NCBI GenBank assembly: GCA_963841435.1
Contig: CAWJCS010000004.1
Location: 704,001 to 768,000 of the forward strand
Reading direction: 5' to 3'
From: an uncultured delta proteobacterium
GTDB lineage: Bacteria; Myxococcota_A; Polyangia; Polyangiales; Polyangiaceae
Length of the DNA: 64,000 bases
Part shown: positions 20,593-29,727 of the stretch, one piece after another
Layout: each line of letters begins with the position of its first letter
How positions within the stretch are numbered: the first letter of the stretch is position 1
The notes under the pieces: model-generated
What the model saw: the letters and a program-made list of their open reading frames with translations, nothing else
Told to the model about the DNA's origin: nothing
The model's database searches: none
Position numbers and translations under genes: made by a program

Positions 20593-21534
20593 TCAGGCGC
20601 GCGGATGGGCCCGACGGTGGGCCTCGCGCACGTGGTCCTGGCTCACGTGGGTGTAGATCTCGGTCGTCACGATGTTGGCGTGGCCGAGTAGGGTCTGCAC
20701 GCTGCGTAGGTCGGCCCCACCGCCGAGCAGGTGCGTGGCGAACGAATGGCGCAGCTGGTGCGGGTGCGCGCCGCCGCGCACTCCGGCCGCGCGCGCGTAG
20801 CGTCCGACGATTTGCCAGAACGCCTGACGTGTCAGCGCCCCGCCGCGCGGCGAGCGAAACACGACGTTCTTCCGCGGGCCGTCGTTCTTCGCCGCGAGCC
20901 GGCTTGGGCCGCGGCGCTTCGAGGTGTCGTTTTCGGCGGCGTCACGCGCTCGGAGGTACGCCTCGAGGTGCGCGAGCGCGACCTCGCCGAGCGGCACGAG
21001 CCTTCGCTTTTGACCCTTGCCGAGCGCGTTCACGACACCGCGTTCGAGGTCGATGTCCCCGAATTCGAGGCGCACGAGCTCGCTCACGCGCAGCCCCGCC
21101 GCGTAGGCCACGCTCAGCATGGCTCGGTCGCGCAGGCCGCGCAGTGTCGACGGGTCCGGGGTCTCGATGAGACGCACCATTTCCGCCTCGGCGAGCGGCC
21201 GCGGAAGCCGCCGGCCGAGGCGCGGGCGTGCCGCGAGTGCCGTGGGATCGTGCTCGAGGTAGCCCTCGCGCAAGAGGAACTTCGAGAAGCCGCGCAGCGC
21301 CGAGAGGTGGCGCGCAGCCGAGCGCGCACCGAGCCCCTCGCGCGCGAGCGCCGTGAGCCACGCCGTCACGAGCCCGAGATCGAGCGGCGGCCCGGCACCG
21401 GTCTTGCTCTTTTCCTCGGCGAAGGCCACGAGCTTCGCGAGATCGGTCGCGTAGGCCGTCAGCGTGTTTTTCGAGAGCGCCCGCTCGACCCTGAGGTGGT
21501 CGAGGTACGCGTCGAGCAGGCGGTCCAGGCGCAC
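20593..21534 (-). CDS. xerD: Site-specific tyrosine recombinase XerD
   Basis: VERALSKNT..AY, RDRAML..Y.AGLRVSEL, GKGQKRR, HPHQLRHSFATHLL.GGADLRSVQ.LLGH...TTEIYT. Confidence 0.9.
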   Translation of the reverse strand: MRLDRLLDAYLDHLRVERALSKNTLTAYATDLAKLVAFAEEKSKTGAGPPLDLGLVTAWLTALAREGLGARSAARHLSALRGFSKFLLREGYLEHDPTALAARPRLGRRLPRPLAEAEMVRLIETPDPSTLRGLRDRAMLSVAYAAGLRVSELVRLEFGDIDLERGVVNALGKGQKRRLVPLGEVALAHLEAYLRARDAAENDTSKRRGPSRLAAKNDGPRKNVVFRSPRGGALTRQAFWQIVGRYARAAGVRGGAHPHQLRHSFATHLLGGGADLRSVQTLLGHANIVTTEIYTHVSQDHVREAHRRAHPRA

Positions 21535-21592
21535 GCGGCAATTGTAGGCGCGGGCCGCCCGCGCGGCACATTTCTGGTAAGAAAGCCGGGCC

Positions 21593-24500
21593 ATGGCCGA
21601 GAGCCCGTTCGAAAAGCTGGTCCAGGATCCGAGCCTGCCGGAGATGGAGCGCGGCATCCTCGAGCTCTGGGAGCGGCTCGACGCGTTCCGGGAATCGAAC
21701 CGGCGCCGAAAAGGGCAGAAGGAGTTCGTGTTCTACGACGGGCCGCCCTTCGCGACGGGAACGCCGCACTACGGCCACCTGCTCGCAGGAACGATCAAAG
21801 ACATCGTCCCGCGCTACTGGTGCATGCGTGGCCATTACGTCGAGCGGCGCTTCGGCTGGGATTGCCACGGCTTGCCCATCGAGAACCTCGCCCAGGACGC
21901 GCTCGGCCTGAACGGCGCGCCGGACATCCGTGCGCGTGGCGTGGCGGAGTTCAACGAACAGTGCCGCTCGATGGTCCTACGTTACGTCGGGGAGTGGCGC
22001 GCCGTCGTCACGCGCATGGGGCGCTGGGTGGATTTCGACGACGACTACAAGACCATGGACCCCGAGTTCATGGAGTCCGTCTGGTGGGTGTTCAAAAAGC
22101 TCTGGGACGCCGGTCGCATCTACCGCGCGCACCGCATCGTCCCGTATAGCTACAAGCTCAGCACGCCGCTCTCGAACCTCGAAGCGAGCGCGAGCTACCA
22201 GGACGTGCAGGATCCGGCGATCACGGTGCGCTTCCGGCTGCTCGACGCACCGTTTGCCGACGAAGCGCCCACGTTCGCGCTCGCCTGGACGACCACGCCC
22301 TGGACGCTCCCGGGCAATCTCGCGCTCTGCGTCGGCCCGGACATCGAGTACCGCGTCGTCGAGGACATTGCTTCGGGCGCGCGCTACGTCGCGGCGACGG
22401 AGCGGCTCTCTGCGCTCTACAAGTCGGAGTCGGAGTACCGCGTCCTTCGCACGCTGCTCGGCAAGGAGCTCGTGGGCCTCAGCTACGAGCCTCTTTTCGA
22501 CTATTTCGCGGGCCAGCCGAGCGCCTTCCGGATCCTCGCGGACGGTTACGTGAGCACGGGCGACGGCACGGGCATCGTGCACATCGCGCCCGCCTACGGC
22601 GAGGACGACTACCGCGTGTGCCGCCGCGAAGGCATCGGGCTCGTGGATCCGCTCGACGCCGAGTGTCGCTTCACGAGCGCCGTGCCCGAGCACGCGGGTG
22701 TGCTCTGCAAGGAGGCTGACAAGGCCATCATCCGGCGCCTCAAGGACGCCGGGAAGCTCGTCAAACAAGAGACGATCGTGCACAGCTATCCGTTCGACGA
22801 TCGCACGGACACGCCGCTCGTCTATCGTGCCATCGACGCCTGGTACGTGAAGGTGGAGGACCTTCGCGATCGCATGGCCGAGCACAACCAGCTCATCCGC
22901 TGGGTGCCCGAGGCCGTGGGCAGGAATCGCTTCGGCAACTGGCTCCGCGACGCGCGCGACTGGAACGTCAGCCGCAACCGCTTCTGGGGCTCGTGCATCC
23001 CCGTGTGGATCGCGGAAGACGGCTCCGATTCGCTCTGCATCGGCTCGATCGCCGAGCTCGAAGAGCTATCGGGCGTCAGGCTGACCGACCTGCACAAGCA
23101 CTACGTCGACGAGGTCGTGATCGAAAAGGGTGGCAAACGTTACCGCCGCACGCCCGAGGTCCTCGACTGCTGGTTCGAATCGGGCGCCATGCCCTACGGC
23201 CAGAAGCACTACCCGTTCGAGAACAAGCAACGCTTCGAGGCGACCTTCCCCGCAAACTTCATCGCCGAGGGGCTCGATCAAACGCGCGCCTGGTTTTACT
23301 ACCTGCTCTTGCTCTCGACGGCGCTCTTCGACAAGCCGGCGTTCGAGAACGTCGTCGTCAACGGCCTCGTGCTCGCCGAGGACGGCAAGAAGATGTCGAA
23401 GTCGAAGAAGAACTACCCCGATCCGGGCAAGGTGCTCGAGGAGATCGGTGCGGACGCCCTGCGCGCCTACCTCATCGACTCGCCCGTCGTGCGCGGGGAA
23501 CCGCTGCGTTTCAGCGAGAAGGGGCTGCGCGAGATCGTTCGCACGGTCGTGTTGCCCTATTGGAATGCGCTCTCGTTTTTTGTCACGTACGCGCGCGTCG
23601 ACGGCTGGGACCCTCGCACGGCGAAAGCGCGCGCCGTGCGCGAGCGCGGCGAGCTCGACCGCTTCGTCTTGTCGGAGCTCGAGAGCCTGGTCGGCGACGT
23701 GAATCGCGAGATGGAGGCGTACCGGCTGTTTGCGGTCGTGCCGCGGCTCGTCGCCTTCATCGACACGCTCACCAACTGGTACATCCGGCTATCGCGGCGG
23801 CGCTTCTGGAAGAGCCAGGACGACGCCGACAAGGGTGACGCGTACGAGACCCTGTACGAGGTGCTCACGACGTTCGCGCGCGTCATGGCGCCGTTCATGC
23901 CCTTTTTGAGCGAGTTCGTGTACCAGCGCACGGTGCGCGCCGTCGACGCGGCGGCGCCCGCCTCGGTGCACTTCTGCGACTACCCGCTCGTGCGTCCCGA
24001 GCGCATCGAAAAAGCGCTCGAAGGGCGCATGAGGCTTGCGCGCCAGGTCGTCTCGCTGGGGCGGCGCCTGCGCGAGGAGCAGAAGCTCAAAGTGCGCCAG
24101 CCGCTCGCTCGGCTCACGGTCGTGAGCCGCAATCCCGCCGTGCGCGCAGCCGCGCTCGAGAGCACGGCGCTCTTGTCGGAGGAGCTGAACGTCAAGGCCG
24201 TCGACAGTTCGGACGACGAGGCGTCGTTCTGCTCGCTCAGCGTGAAGCCGAACTTCGCCAGCCTCAAAGCGCGGGCCGCGAGCAAGCTCAAGGAGATCGG
24301 GCAGGGGCTTTCGAGCTTCGGCTTCGAGGAGGTCGGGCGGCTCGAAGCCGGCGAGACGATCCCGCTCGCGGGTGAGGCGATTGCGCTCGCCGACGTACTC
24401 TTGGTCAGAAAGCCGACGCCCGGCCGTGCGGTGGCGAGCGAGGGCGACGTGACGCTCGTGCTCGACGCCGAGCTGACGCCCGAGCTCTTGCTCGAAGGAC

Positions 24501-24739
24501 TGGCGCGCGAGCTCGTCAGCGTGCTGCAGCAGGCGCGAAAGTCGCTCGGCCTCGAGGTGAGCGATCGGGTGAAAGTGTTCTGGGACAGCGAGGACGCGGA
24601 CGTGGTGCGCGCCATCGAGGTGCACGGCGCGTGGGTGAGCGAGGAGGTGCTCGCGCGCGAGCTGTCACGCGACGCGACGGTGACGGGCCGCGAATCGCTC
24701 AACGGCAGGCCAGTCAGGCTGCGCGTCGAGAAGGCGTGA
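21593..24739 (+). CDS. ileS: Isoleucine--tRNA ligase (IleRS2-type)
   Basis: DGPPFATGTPHYGH, GWDCHGLP, WTTTPWTLP, EGLDQTRAWF, KMSKS; no C-terminal Zn finger. Confidence 0.96.
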   Translation: MAESPFEKLVQDPSLPEMERGILELWERLDAFRESNRRRKGQKEFVFYDGPPFATGTPHYGHLLAGTIKDIVPRYWCMRGHYVERRFGWDCHGLPIENLAQDALGLNGAPDIRARGVAEFNEQCRSMVLRYVGEWRAVVTRMGRWVDFDDDYKTMDPEFMESVWWVFKKLWDAGRIYRAHRIVPYSYKLSTPLSNLEASASYQDVQDPAITVRFRLLDAPFADEAPTFALAWTTTPWTLPGNLALCVGPDIEYRVVEDIASGARYVAATERLSALYKSESEYRVLRTLLGKELVGLSYEPLFDYFAGQPSAFRILADGYVSTGDGTGIVHIAPAYGEDDYRVCRREGIGLVDPLDAECRFTSAVPEHAGVLCKEADKAIIRRLKDAGKLVKQETIVHSYPFDDRTDTPLVYRAIDAWYVKVEDLRDRMAEHNQLIRWVPEAVGRNRFGNWLRDARDWNVSRNRFWGSCIPVWIAEDGSDSLCIGSIAELEELSGVRLTDLHKHYVDEVVIEKGGKRYRRTPEVLDCWFESGAMPYGQKHYPFENKQRFEATFPANFIAEGLDQTRAWFYYLLLLSTALFDKPAFENVVVNGLVLAEDGKKMSKSKKNYPDPGKVLEEIGADALRAYLIDSPVVRGEPLRFSEKGLREIVRTVVLPYWNALSFFVTYARVDGWDPRTAKARAVRERGELDRFVLSELESLVGDVNREMEAYRLFAVVPRLVAFIDTLTNWYIRLSRRRFWKSQDDADKGDAYETLYEVLTTFARVMAPFMPFLSEFVYQRTVRAVDAAAPASVHFCDYPLVRPERIEKALEGRMRLARQVVSLGRRLREEQKLKVRQPLARLTVVSRNPAVRAAALESTALLSEELNVKAVDSSDDEASFCSLSVKPNFASLKARAASKLKEIGQGLSSFGFEEVGRLEAGETIPLAGEAIALADVLLVRKPTPGRAVASEGDVTLVLDAELTPELLLEGLARELVSVLQQARKSLGLEVSDRVKVFWDSEDADVVRAIEVHGAWVSEEVLARELSRDATVTGRESLNGRPVRLRVEKA

Positions 24740-24906
24740 GCAGAGCCGGACGGCGGTTCCCAGCGTGATCGACCAGGCGCCGGCCCTGTGGCATCGCTCC
24801 CCGCAACCGTTGCTGGGCCAGAGAGCCGCTGGCACAGCTGGCACAGCCGCGGAGCCCGAAACGGCCCTCGGGGGAGCACTGGGCCCTGCTGACGCGCTCC
24901 GAGGCG

Positions 24907-24922
24907 TGGCATGATGGTTGCT
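24907..24922 (+). promoter_or_regulatory. Putative sigma54 -24/-12 promoter
   Basis: TGGCATGatggTTGCT, GG/GC spacing 12 nt, 14 nt before ATG 24937. Confidence 0.68.
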
Positions 24923-24936
24923 CCGCCGAGGACCCC

Positions 24937-25602
24937 ATGAAGCGCCGCCGCTCACGAATCGTACCCAGCGTGGTGTTCGCCACCACCGTCACGGCGGTCG
25001 TGCCCGTCGTCGCCTGCGGGTCGTCCTCGGATGACGAGCAGGGTGGGGGCAGCTCCGGCAAGGGGGGCACGGCGCAGTCCGGAAGCGGTGGCACGGCGGG
25101 GGGCGTGGCTATGGGCGGATTCGGGGCCACGGGCGGTGCGACCGTAGCGGCGTCCGGCTTTGGGGGTACGGGAGGCGCCACGGTGTTTCTCGCCGGGTTC
25201 GGGGGCACGGGCGGTGTGAGCGGCGCGGGTGCCGGGCTCGGCGGCACGGCCGGCGCAACCGTGTTCGCCGCTGGCTTCGGCGGGTTCTCCGTGGCGGGGG
25301 GCGGCTTCGCCGGGCTCGGCGGCACTGCGGGCTTCGGCGGCGGCGTGTTCCTCGCCGGCTTCGGTGGCATCGGTGCTGCCGGCGCGGGCGGCCGTGGTGG
25401 TGCGGGCAACGCCGGAGCCTCGGGTGCTGGCGCGGGTGGGCAGTCGGGCAGCGCCGGCTCGAGCGGCGCGGCGGGGCAGGGGGGTGGAGGAGGGTTCACG
25501 GTCTTTGCGGCTGGTTTCGGGGGAGGCGTCGCGGCCGGTGCCTTCGGGGGAGGCGTCGCGGCCGGTGCCTTCGGCGGCGGTGGCCGCGGCAGCGGCGCCT
25601 GA
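24937..25602 (+). CDS. Gly-rich lipoprotein with nine V-x4-F motifs (candidate multi-core precursor)
   Basis: Basic N-terminus, hydrophobic stretch, VVAC27G lipobox; GAGGA SD. Confidence 0.75.
   Translation: MKRRRSRIVPSVVFATTVTAVVPVVACGSSSDDEQGGGSSGKGGTAQSGSGGTAGGVAMGGFGATGGATVAASGFGGTGGATVFLAGFGGTGGVSGAGAGLGGTAGATVFAAGFGGFSVAGGGFAGLGGTAGFGGGVFLAGFGGIGAAGAGGRGGAGNAGASGAGAGGQSGSAGSSGAAGQGGGGGFTVFAAGFGGGVAAGAFGGGVAAGAFGGGGRGSGA
25516..25574 (+). repeat. Exact 27-bp tandem duplication encoding FGGGVAAGA
   Basis: ttcgggggaggcgtcgcggccggtgcc at 25516 and 25543. Confidence 0.9.
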
Positions 25603-25622
25603 GCGATTCGAGGACCGCGTCG

Positions 25623-26498
25623 ATGACCGTGCGCGAGCGCCTAGCGATCACGTCCGCGCTGAGCGGGACGCCGCTCTCTCGTCAGCACGAGCTCGCGCTC
25701 GCCGGCAAGCTCGTGAAGCCGCCCAAGGCGCTGCCATGGACGGCGTTCGACCGGAGCGCTCACGCGGAGGCCGCGCTCGGCCTCGCGACGCACCTGCATC
25801 GCGGCCTTGCACGCGGTGAATATGCGGCCATCGGCCTGTTTGCGGAGCTCGCGGCGGGCCTCTCGTTCACGGGTGCGCCGCTCGACTTCATCCATGCCGC
25901 CACGGTGGTGAGCGGCGACGAGGCGCGTCACGCCGAGTACTGCGTGCGCATGGCAACCCTGTGCCACGGGGCCGAGGTTCCGATCGAGGTGGCCGCCAAC
26001 GATCTCCACGCGAGCCTCGCTCCGCTCGTCAACATCGAGGAAGTGGACTTTGCGATGCTACAGCTCGTCGCCTTTTCCGAAACGCTCGCCACGGGCCTCC
26101 TGGCCGAGTGCCAGCGGCGCGCGAAGGATCGACTGAGCCGTGCGCTGTTTCGCGCCTTGATCTCCGACGAGGTCCATCACGCGCGGCTCGGCTGGTACTA
26201 CGCCGCCTACCGCTCGCCCCAGTGGTCGCTCGCAGAGCGACAGCGGCTCGCGGATCGTGTCAGCGGGTTCGTCGTGGAGGTCGAGCGACAGTTCTGGGTC
26301 GGACGCGACGCCCCGCCGGCGGCCGCTGCTTCGGCGCGCGCGCTCGGCATCCTGGACTCCAAGGCGCAGCGAGCGGTGATCCGAGATGTCATGGAGAACG
26401 AGATCGTGCCGGCGCTCGACGCGCTCGGCTTCTCCGGGTCGCGGGTGTGGTCCGTGCGGCGGCGTGGCGCGCCGGCTCCGCGCCGCCGCAAGCGATGA
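25623..26498 (+). CDS. Ferritin-like diiron-carboxylate protein
   Basis: E(YAAI)...DEARH and E(TLA)...DEVHH paired ligand motifs. Confidence 0.82.
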   Translation: MTVRERLAITSALSGTPLSRQHELALAGKLVKPPKALPWTAFDRSAHAEAALGLATHLHRGLARGEYAAIGLFAELAAGLSFTGAPLDFIHAATVVSGDEARHAEYCVRMATLCHGAEVPIEVAANDLHASLAPLVNIEEVDFAMLQLVAFSETLATGLLAECQRRAKDRLSRALFRALISDEVHHARLGWYYAAYRSPQWSLAERQRLADRVSGFVVEVERQFWVGRDAPPAAAASARALGILDSKAQRAVIRDVMENEIVPALDALGFSGSRVWSVRRRGAPAPRRRKR

Positions 26499-27922
26499 CG
26501 GCGGTCCTCGCGCTCCGGCCGCTCCGCGCGCGGCTGACGGCTCGCGAGCGCTCGCGGCTCGCGAGCACCCTCGAACGGTTGCTCGCGTGGCAGCGCACGC
26601 TCAACGGGTTCCCCGCGGCCGTGAGGGCTCCCGATGCGACCCCCATCGTGTCCCTGTATGCCGACGGGACGCTGCGCGGCTGCGCGTACAGCGACGAAGG
26701 ACGGGGTGGCGAGCGGCTCGCGCGAGCGTTCTTGTTCGCGCTCGGGGACCCGCGCGCGCACTCCCTGGACCCGCGCGCCCGGGGACGGCTGGTGGCAGAG
26801 CTCAGCTATGCTCGCGATCTCCGGCGCGTCTCCTGGGCCGCGGCACCGGCCCTGATTGCCCCCGGTGCGCACGGCCTCGCGCTCGAGCATCCTGGGGGGA
26901 CGACGCTGCTCGTCCCCGATGTCGCCCGTGAAGCGGGTCTCGACGCTGGCGGGTTGCTCGACGCGCTGTCGCGCAAAGCGGCGCTCGGTGTGGCCGAGCG
27001 AACGGCGCGCCTCTACCTGTTCGAAACGGAGCGCATCGTCGTTCCGGGCACGCGGTCGAGCGTTTCACGGGCTGCCGACGCGATTTCGTCCGCCGTGCGC
27101 TGGCTGTGTGGCCGCGTGGGGTCGGACGGCGCCATGAGCTTTGGTCTCGATCCCAAGGCCGGGCGTGACGAGCCGGTCGGTCCGTTTCACCACGGGCGCG
27201 CCGCCGTCGCCGTCGCCGCGCTCTCGGCCCACCCCCTGGGCCGCAGCGCGGCGGAGCGCGCTCGCCGTTGGCTCGGGCGCGAGCTTGCCCGGGCGCTCGG
27301 TGGTGCCCCCGTCCCCGGCTTTCCGAAGGACGTGCCGGGCGTCGCCGGAACGCTGGCGCTCGCGTCGCTCGCGGGCGTCGCCGTCGGGCCGCGCCTCGCC
27401 GAGCTTTCACTGAGCGACGCGCTCGGGCGGTCTGCGTGGCACGCGGCGCAGGTTGCGTGCGCGCTCGGGTCCGAGACGCCGCCTTCGCTATGGCGTTCGT
27501 TGGTCCGCGCCCTCGACCGTGACGCTCGTGCGCCGTGGACGCTCCTCGCAGCGCGCGCTCGCGGCGACGCGCGCGTCGTCGAGCGCACGACGGCTGCGCT
27601 GGTCGCGGCGCTGAGACCCGACGGTCCCCACCGGGGCAGTGTCACGAGCGGCGGCGCGCCCGAAGTCGCGCTGACGGCGCTCACGGTCGAAGCGCTCGCA
27701 GGCGGGCAGGAGAGCGCGGTGCGCGCAGGGCTCGTCGAGGCGGTCGCGTTCCTCGAAGGCTGCCAGGTGGGGCCCGACTCGCTGCCGGAGGCTCTCGACG
27801 CCTCCCGAGCGCTGGGCGCCTTTCCGCTGACGCCGGTTTGTTCCTTCCTGCGCACTGACGTCACGGCGCATGCCGTGCTTGCCCTCCTCGCGGCCAAGGC
27901 AGGCCCGCGGGGCGCGCGCTGA
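26495..27922 (+). CDS. AMMECR1-domain protein fused to a helical (alpha/alpha toroid-like) C-terminal domain
   Basis: GTLRGC, DPR, PGAHGL, LVPDVARE..L...GLL..L.RKA, LFETE; C-terminal RTDVTAHA; ATGA overlap. Confidence 0.72.
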   Translation: MTAVLALRPLRARLTARERSRLASTLERLLAWQRTLNGFPAAVRAPDATPIVSLYADGTLRGCAYSDEGRGGERLARAFLFALGDPRAHSLDPRARGRLVAELSYARDLRRVSWAAAPALIAPGAHGLALEHPGGTTLLVPDVAREAGLDAGGLLDALSRKAALGVAERTARLYLFETERIVVPGTRSSVSRAADAISSAVRWLCGRVGSDGAMSFGLDPKAGRDEPVGPFHHGRAAVAVAALSAHPLGRSAAERARRWLGRELARALGGAPVPGFPKDVPGVAGTLALASLAGVAVGPRLAELSLSDALGRSAWHAAQVACALGSETPPSLWRSLVRALDRDARAPWTLLAARARGDARVVERTTAALVAALRPDGPHRGSVTSGGAPEVALTALTVEALAGGQESAVRAGLVEAVAFLEGCQVGPDSLPEALDASRALGAFPLTPVCSFLRTDVTAHAVLALLAAKAGPRGAR

Positions 27923-27982
27923 ATCAGAGTGACCGCTCCAAAGCTCTTGCGGACGCGGGGAAGGTCGCTACGGTGAACGCGC

Positions 27983-28489
27983 ATGGCGTCGCGCAACGCT
28001 CTCGTCGTCGGAAGCCCGGCGCCAGACTTCACGCTGCACGATCAGTCCGGGCGCGCCGTGCATTTCGCCGAGCTTCTGAAACAGGGCCCCGTGGTGCTCT
28101 ACTTTTACCCGAAGGACCACACGCCCGGCTGCACGCTCGAGGCTTGCGGTTTTCGTGATGCCCAGGCGGATTTCGCGAAGGCCGGGGCCACCGTCGTCGG
28201 CGTGAGCGACGACACGGTCGCGGAGCACGCGCGCTTTGCCGCCCAGCACGCCTTGCCCTTCACGCTGCTCAGCGACGCCCGGGGTCAAGTGCGCGAGCTC
28301 TACGGCGTGCCGCGCCTCTTCGGCGTCATCCCAGGTCGCGTCACGTTCGTGGTCGATCCGGACGGTATGATCCGCCACGCGTTCACGTCGCACCTTCGTA
28401 TGCAGCGCCACGTGGTCGAAGCGCTCGAGACGGTGCGCAAGCTCGCTCAGGGCGGCAGCCCGGCGAGCGGCGGCGCGGTCACGGCGTAG
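27983..28489 (+). CDS. bcp: Peroxiredoxin BCP/PrxQ
   Basis: APDFTL, YFYPKD.TPGCTLEAC.FRD. Confidence 0.92.
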   Translation: MASRNALVVGSPAPDFTLHDQSGRAVHFAELLKQGPVVLYFYPKDHTPGCTLEACGFRDAQADFAKAGATVVGVSDDTVAEHARFAAQHALPFTLLSDARGQVRELYGVPRLFGVIPGRVTFVVDPDGMIRHAFTSHLRMQRHVVEALETVRKLAQGGSPASGGAVTA

Positions 28490-28562
28490 CTCTCCCCGGT
28501 TCGGCAGCGTTCGAAGGCAGAACCCGACCGGCCGCCGCGTATCAAAGGTCGGGTTAGAGGTC

Positions 28563-29708
28563 GTGCTTCGTCGTCCGCTCATGCTGGCCCTGGTTGGTTC
28601 GGGGCTGTTTTTCCCGCTCGGTGCGTTCGGAGCGACCGGCGAGGCGCCCTCCGACACGATGTCGCCCGGGAGCGACGCCGCACGGGCGCCCGATGCCTCA
28701 GGCCCGCCAGCGAGCGCCAAGGACGCTTTTCTGCCTGGCGCGGCACCGGACGGTGCCGGCGCGTCCTCGAGCGCGGACCGGCACGCGGATCCCTCCGAGA
28801 TCTGCAAGATCGACCCGGCGGCTTGCCCCTCGCTCGACCTGAAAGCGGAGGCGGCGACAACCTCGGACGAGCCCCTCTACGCGACGGCTCAGGTGCGCTC
28901 GCTGGGCGGGCTCGCTTCGAAGAGCAGCGAGCGCTTCGTGCTTCCCGCGGGCGTCGGCGAGCTCGGCGGCGATGTCGCGCTCATCACGAGCGGCCCGGTG
29001 CTCACGGACCACGAGCTACAGCTCACCAATCTCGGCCTCTTTCGGCTGCGGGGCAGACAGAGCTTCGGTACGAGAGTCGAGCTTCGCGCGGGCACGTCGC
29101 TCCTTGCCAAGCAGCCGGTCGATGCTCACGAGGGAGCCTGGCAGGGAGCGTTCGTCGGAACGACCTTCGAGCCCACGCGCGGCTTTGCCTTCACGTTCGA
29201 CGCGTCCTTCTCGCCGCTGCTCTACGATGCAGGCAGCGCCTGGCAGGTGACGCCGGGGCTGATGGCAAAGTGGAGGCTCGACCGCTATGCGCGGCTCTTG
29301 CTCGGCGTCGGCAGCATCTTCACGGCGCTCGATGCCGAAGGGGGCTTCACGCCGCGCGCGTTCGTCGAGGAGGGCAGCGCGGAAGTGGAAGCACAGCTCG
29401 GCGGCGACGACGGCGGCTTTTGGCTCACGACGGACTATCGCGTTCCCTTCGCGTCGCGCGGTGACCGGCCCGGGTCGCCGTCGGTCCCTCTCGACGCCCC
29501 CGTCACGCTGTCGCTCGAGGTCGGCGGCGTGCTCACGGTTTCCGACACCTGGGATCTTTTCGCCTCCTACGCGTTCGTCGACCACGGCGAGCTCGAGCGG
29601 CCCGAGACGACGCTACCCATCCTCGACGGAGGCTTCGACCAGCGACAGCTCGTGTTCGGGGTGCAGCACCGGTTCCTGCCGAAGCGGCCCCGTCACCGCG
29701 CTCCCTGA
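28563..29708 (+). CDS. Hypothetical exported protein, possible outer-membrane beta-barrel
   Basis: Signal peptide, alternating amphipathic strands, GVQHRF near the C-terminus. Confidence 0.6.
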   Translation: MLRRPLMLALVGSGLFFPLGAFGATGEAPSDTMSPGSDAARAPDASGPPASAKDAFLPGAAPDGAGASSSADRHADPSEICKIDPAACPSLDLKAEAATTSDEPLYATAQVRSLGGLASKSSERFVLPAGVGELGGDVALITSGPVLTDHELQLTNLGLFRLRGRQSFGTRVELRAGTSLLAKQPVDAHEGAWQGAFVGTTFEPTRGFAFTFDASFSPLLYDAGSAWQVTPGLMAKWRLDRYARLLLGVGSIFTALDAEGGFTPRAFVEEGSAEVEAQLGGDDGGFWLTTDYRVPFASRGDRPGSPSVPLDAPVTLSLEVGGVLTVSDTWDLFASYAFVDHGELERPETTLPILDGGFDQRQLVFGVQHRFLPKRPRHRAP

Positions 29709-29727
29709 ATCGCGGTCGGGTCCGCCG

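Noticed and set aside
20593-21534. Tyrosine recombinase as the island's integrase
   Set aside because: It has canonical XerD motifs, lies ~8 kb outside the repeats and sits beside ileS.
24714-25499. Pro-rich minus-strand ORF (also 52379..52876 +)
   Set aside because: Antisense shadows of Gly-rich genes; the opposite strands have lipoboxes and expression signals.
25961-26494. N-terminal extension of the AMMECR1 protein
   Set aside because: It overlaps the ferritin-like gene out of frame; the ATGA junction at 26495 is the better start.
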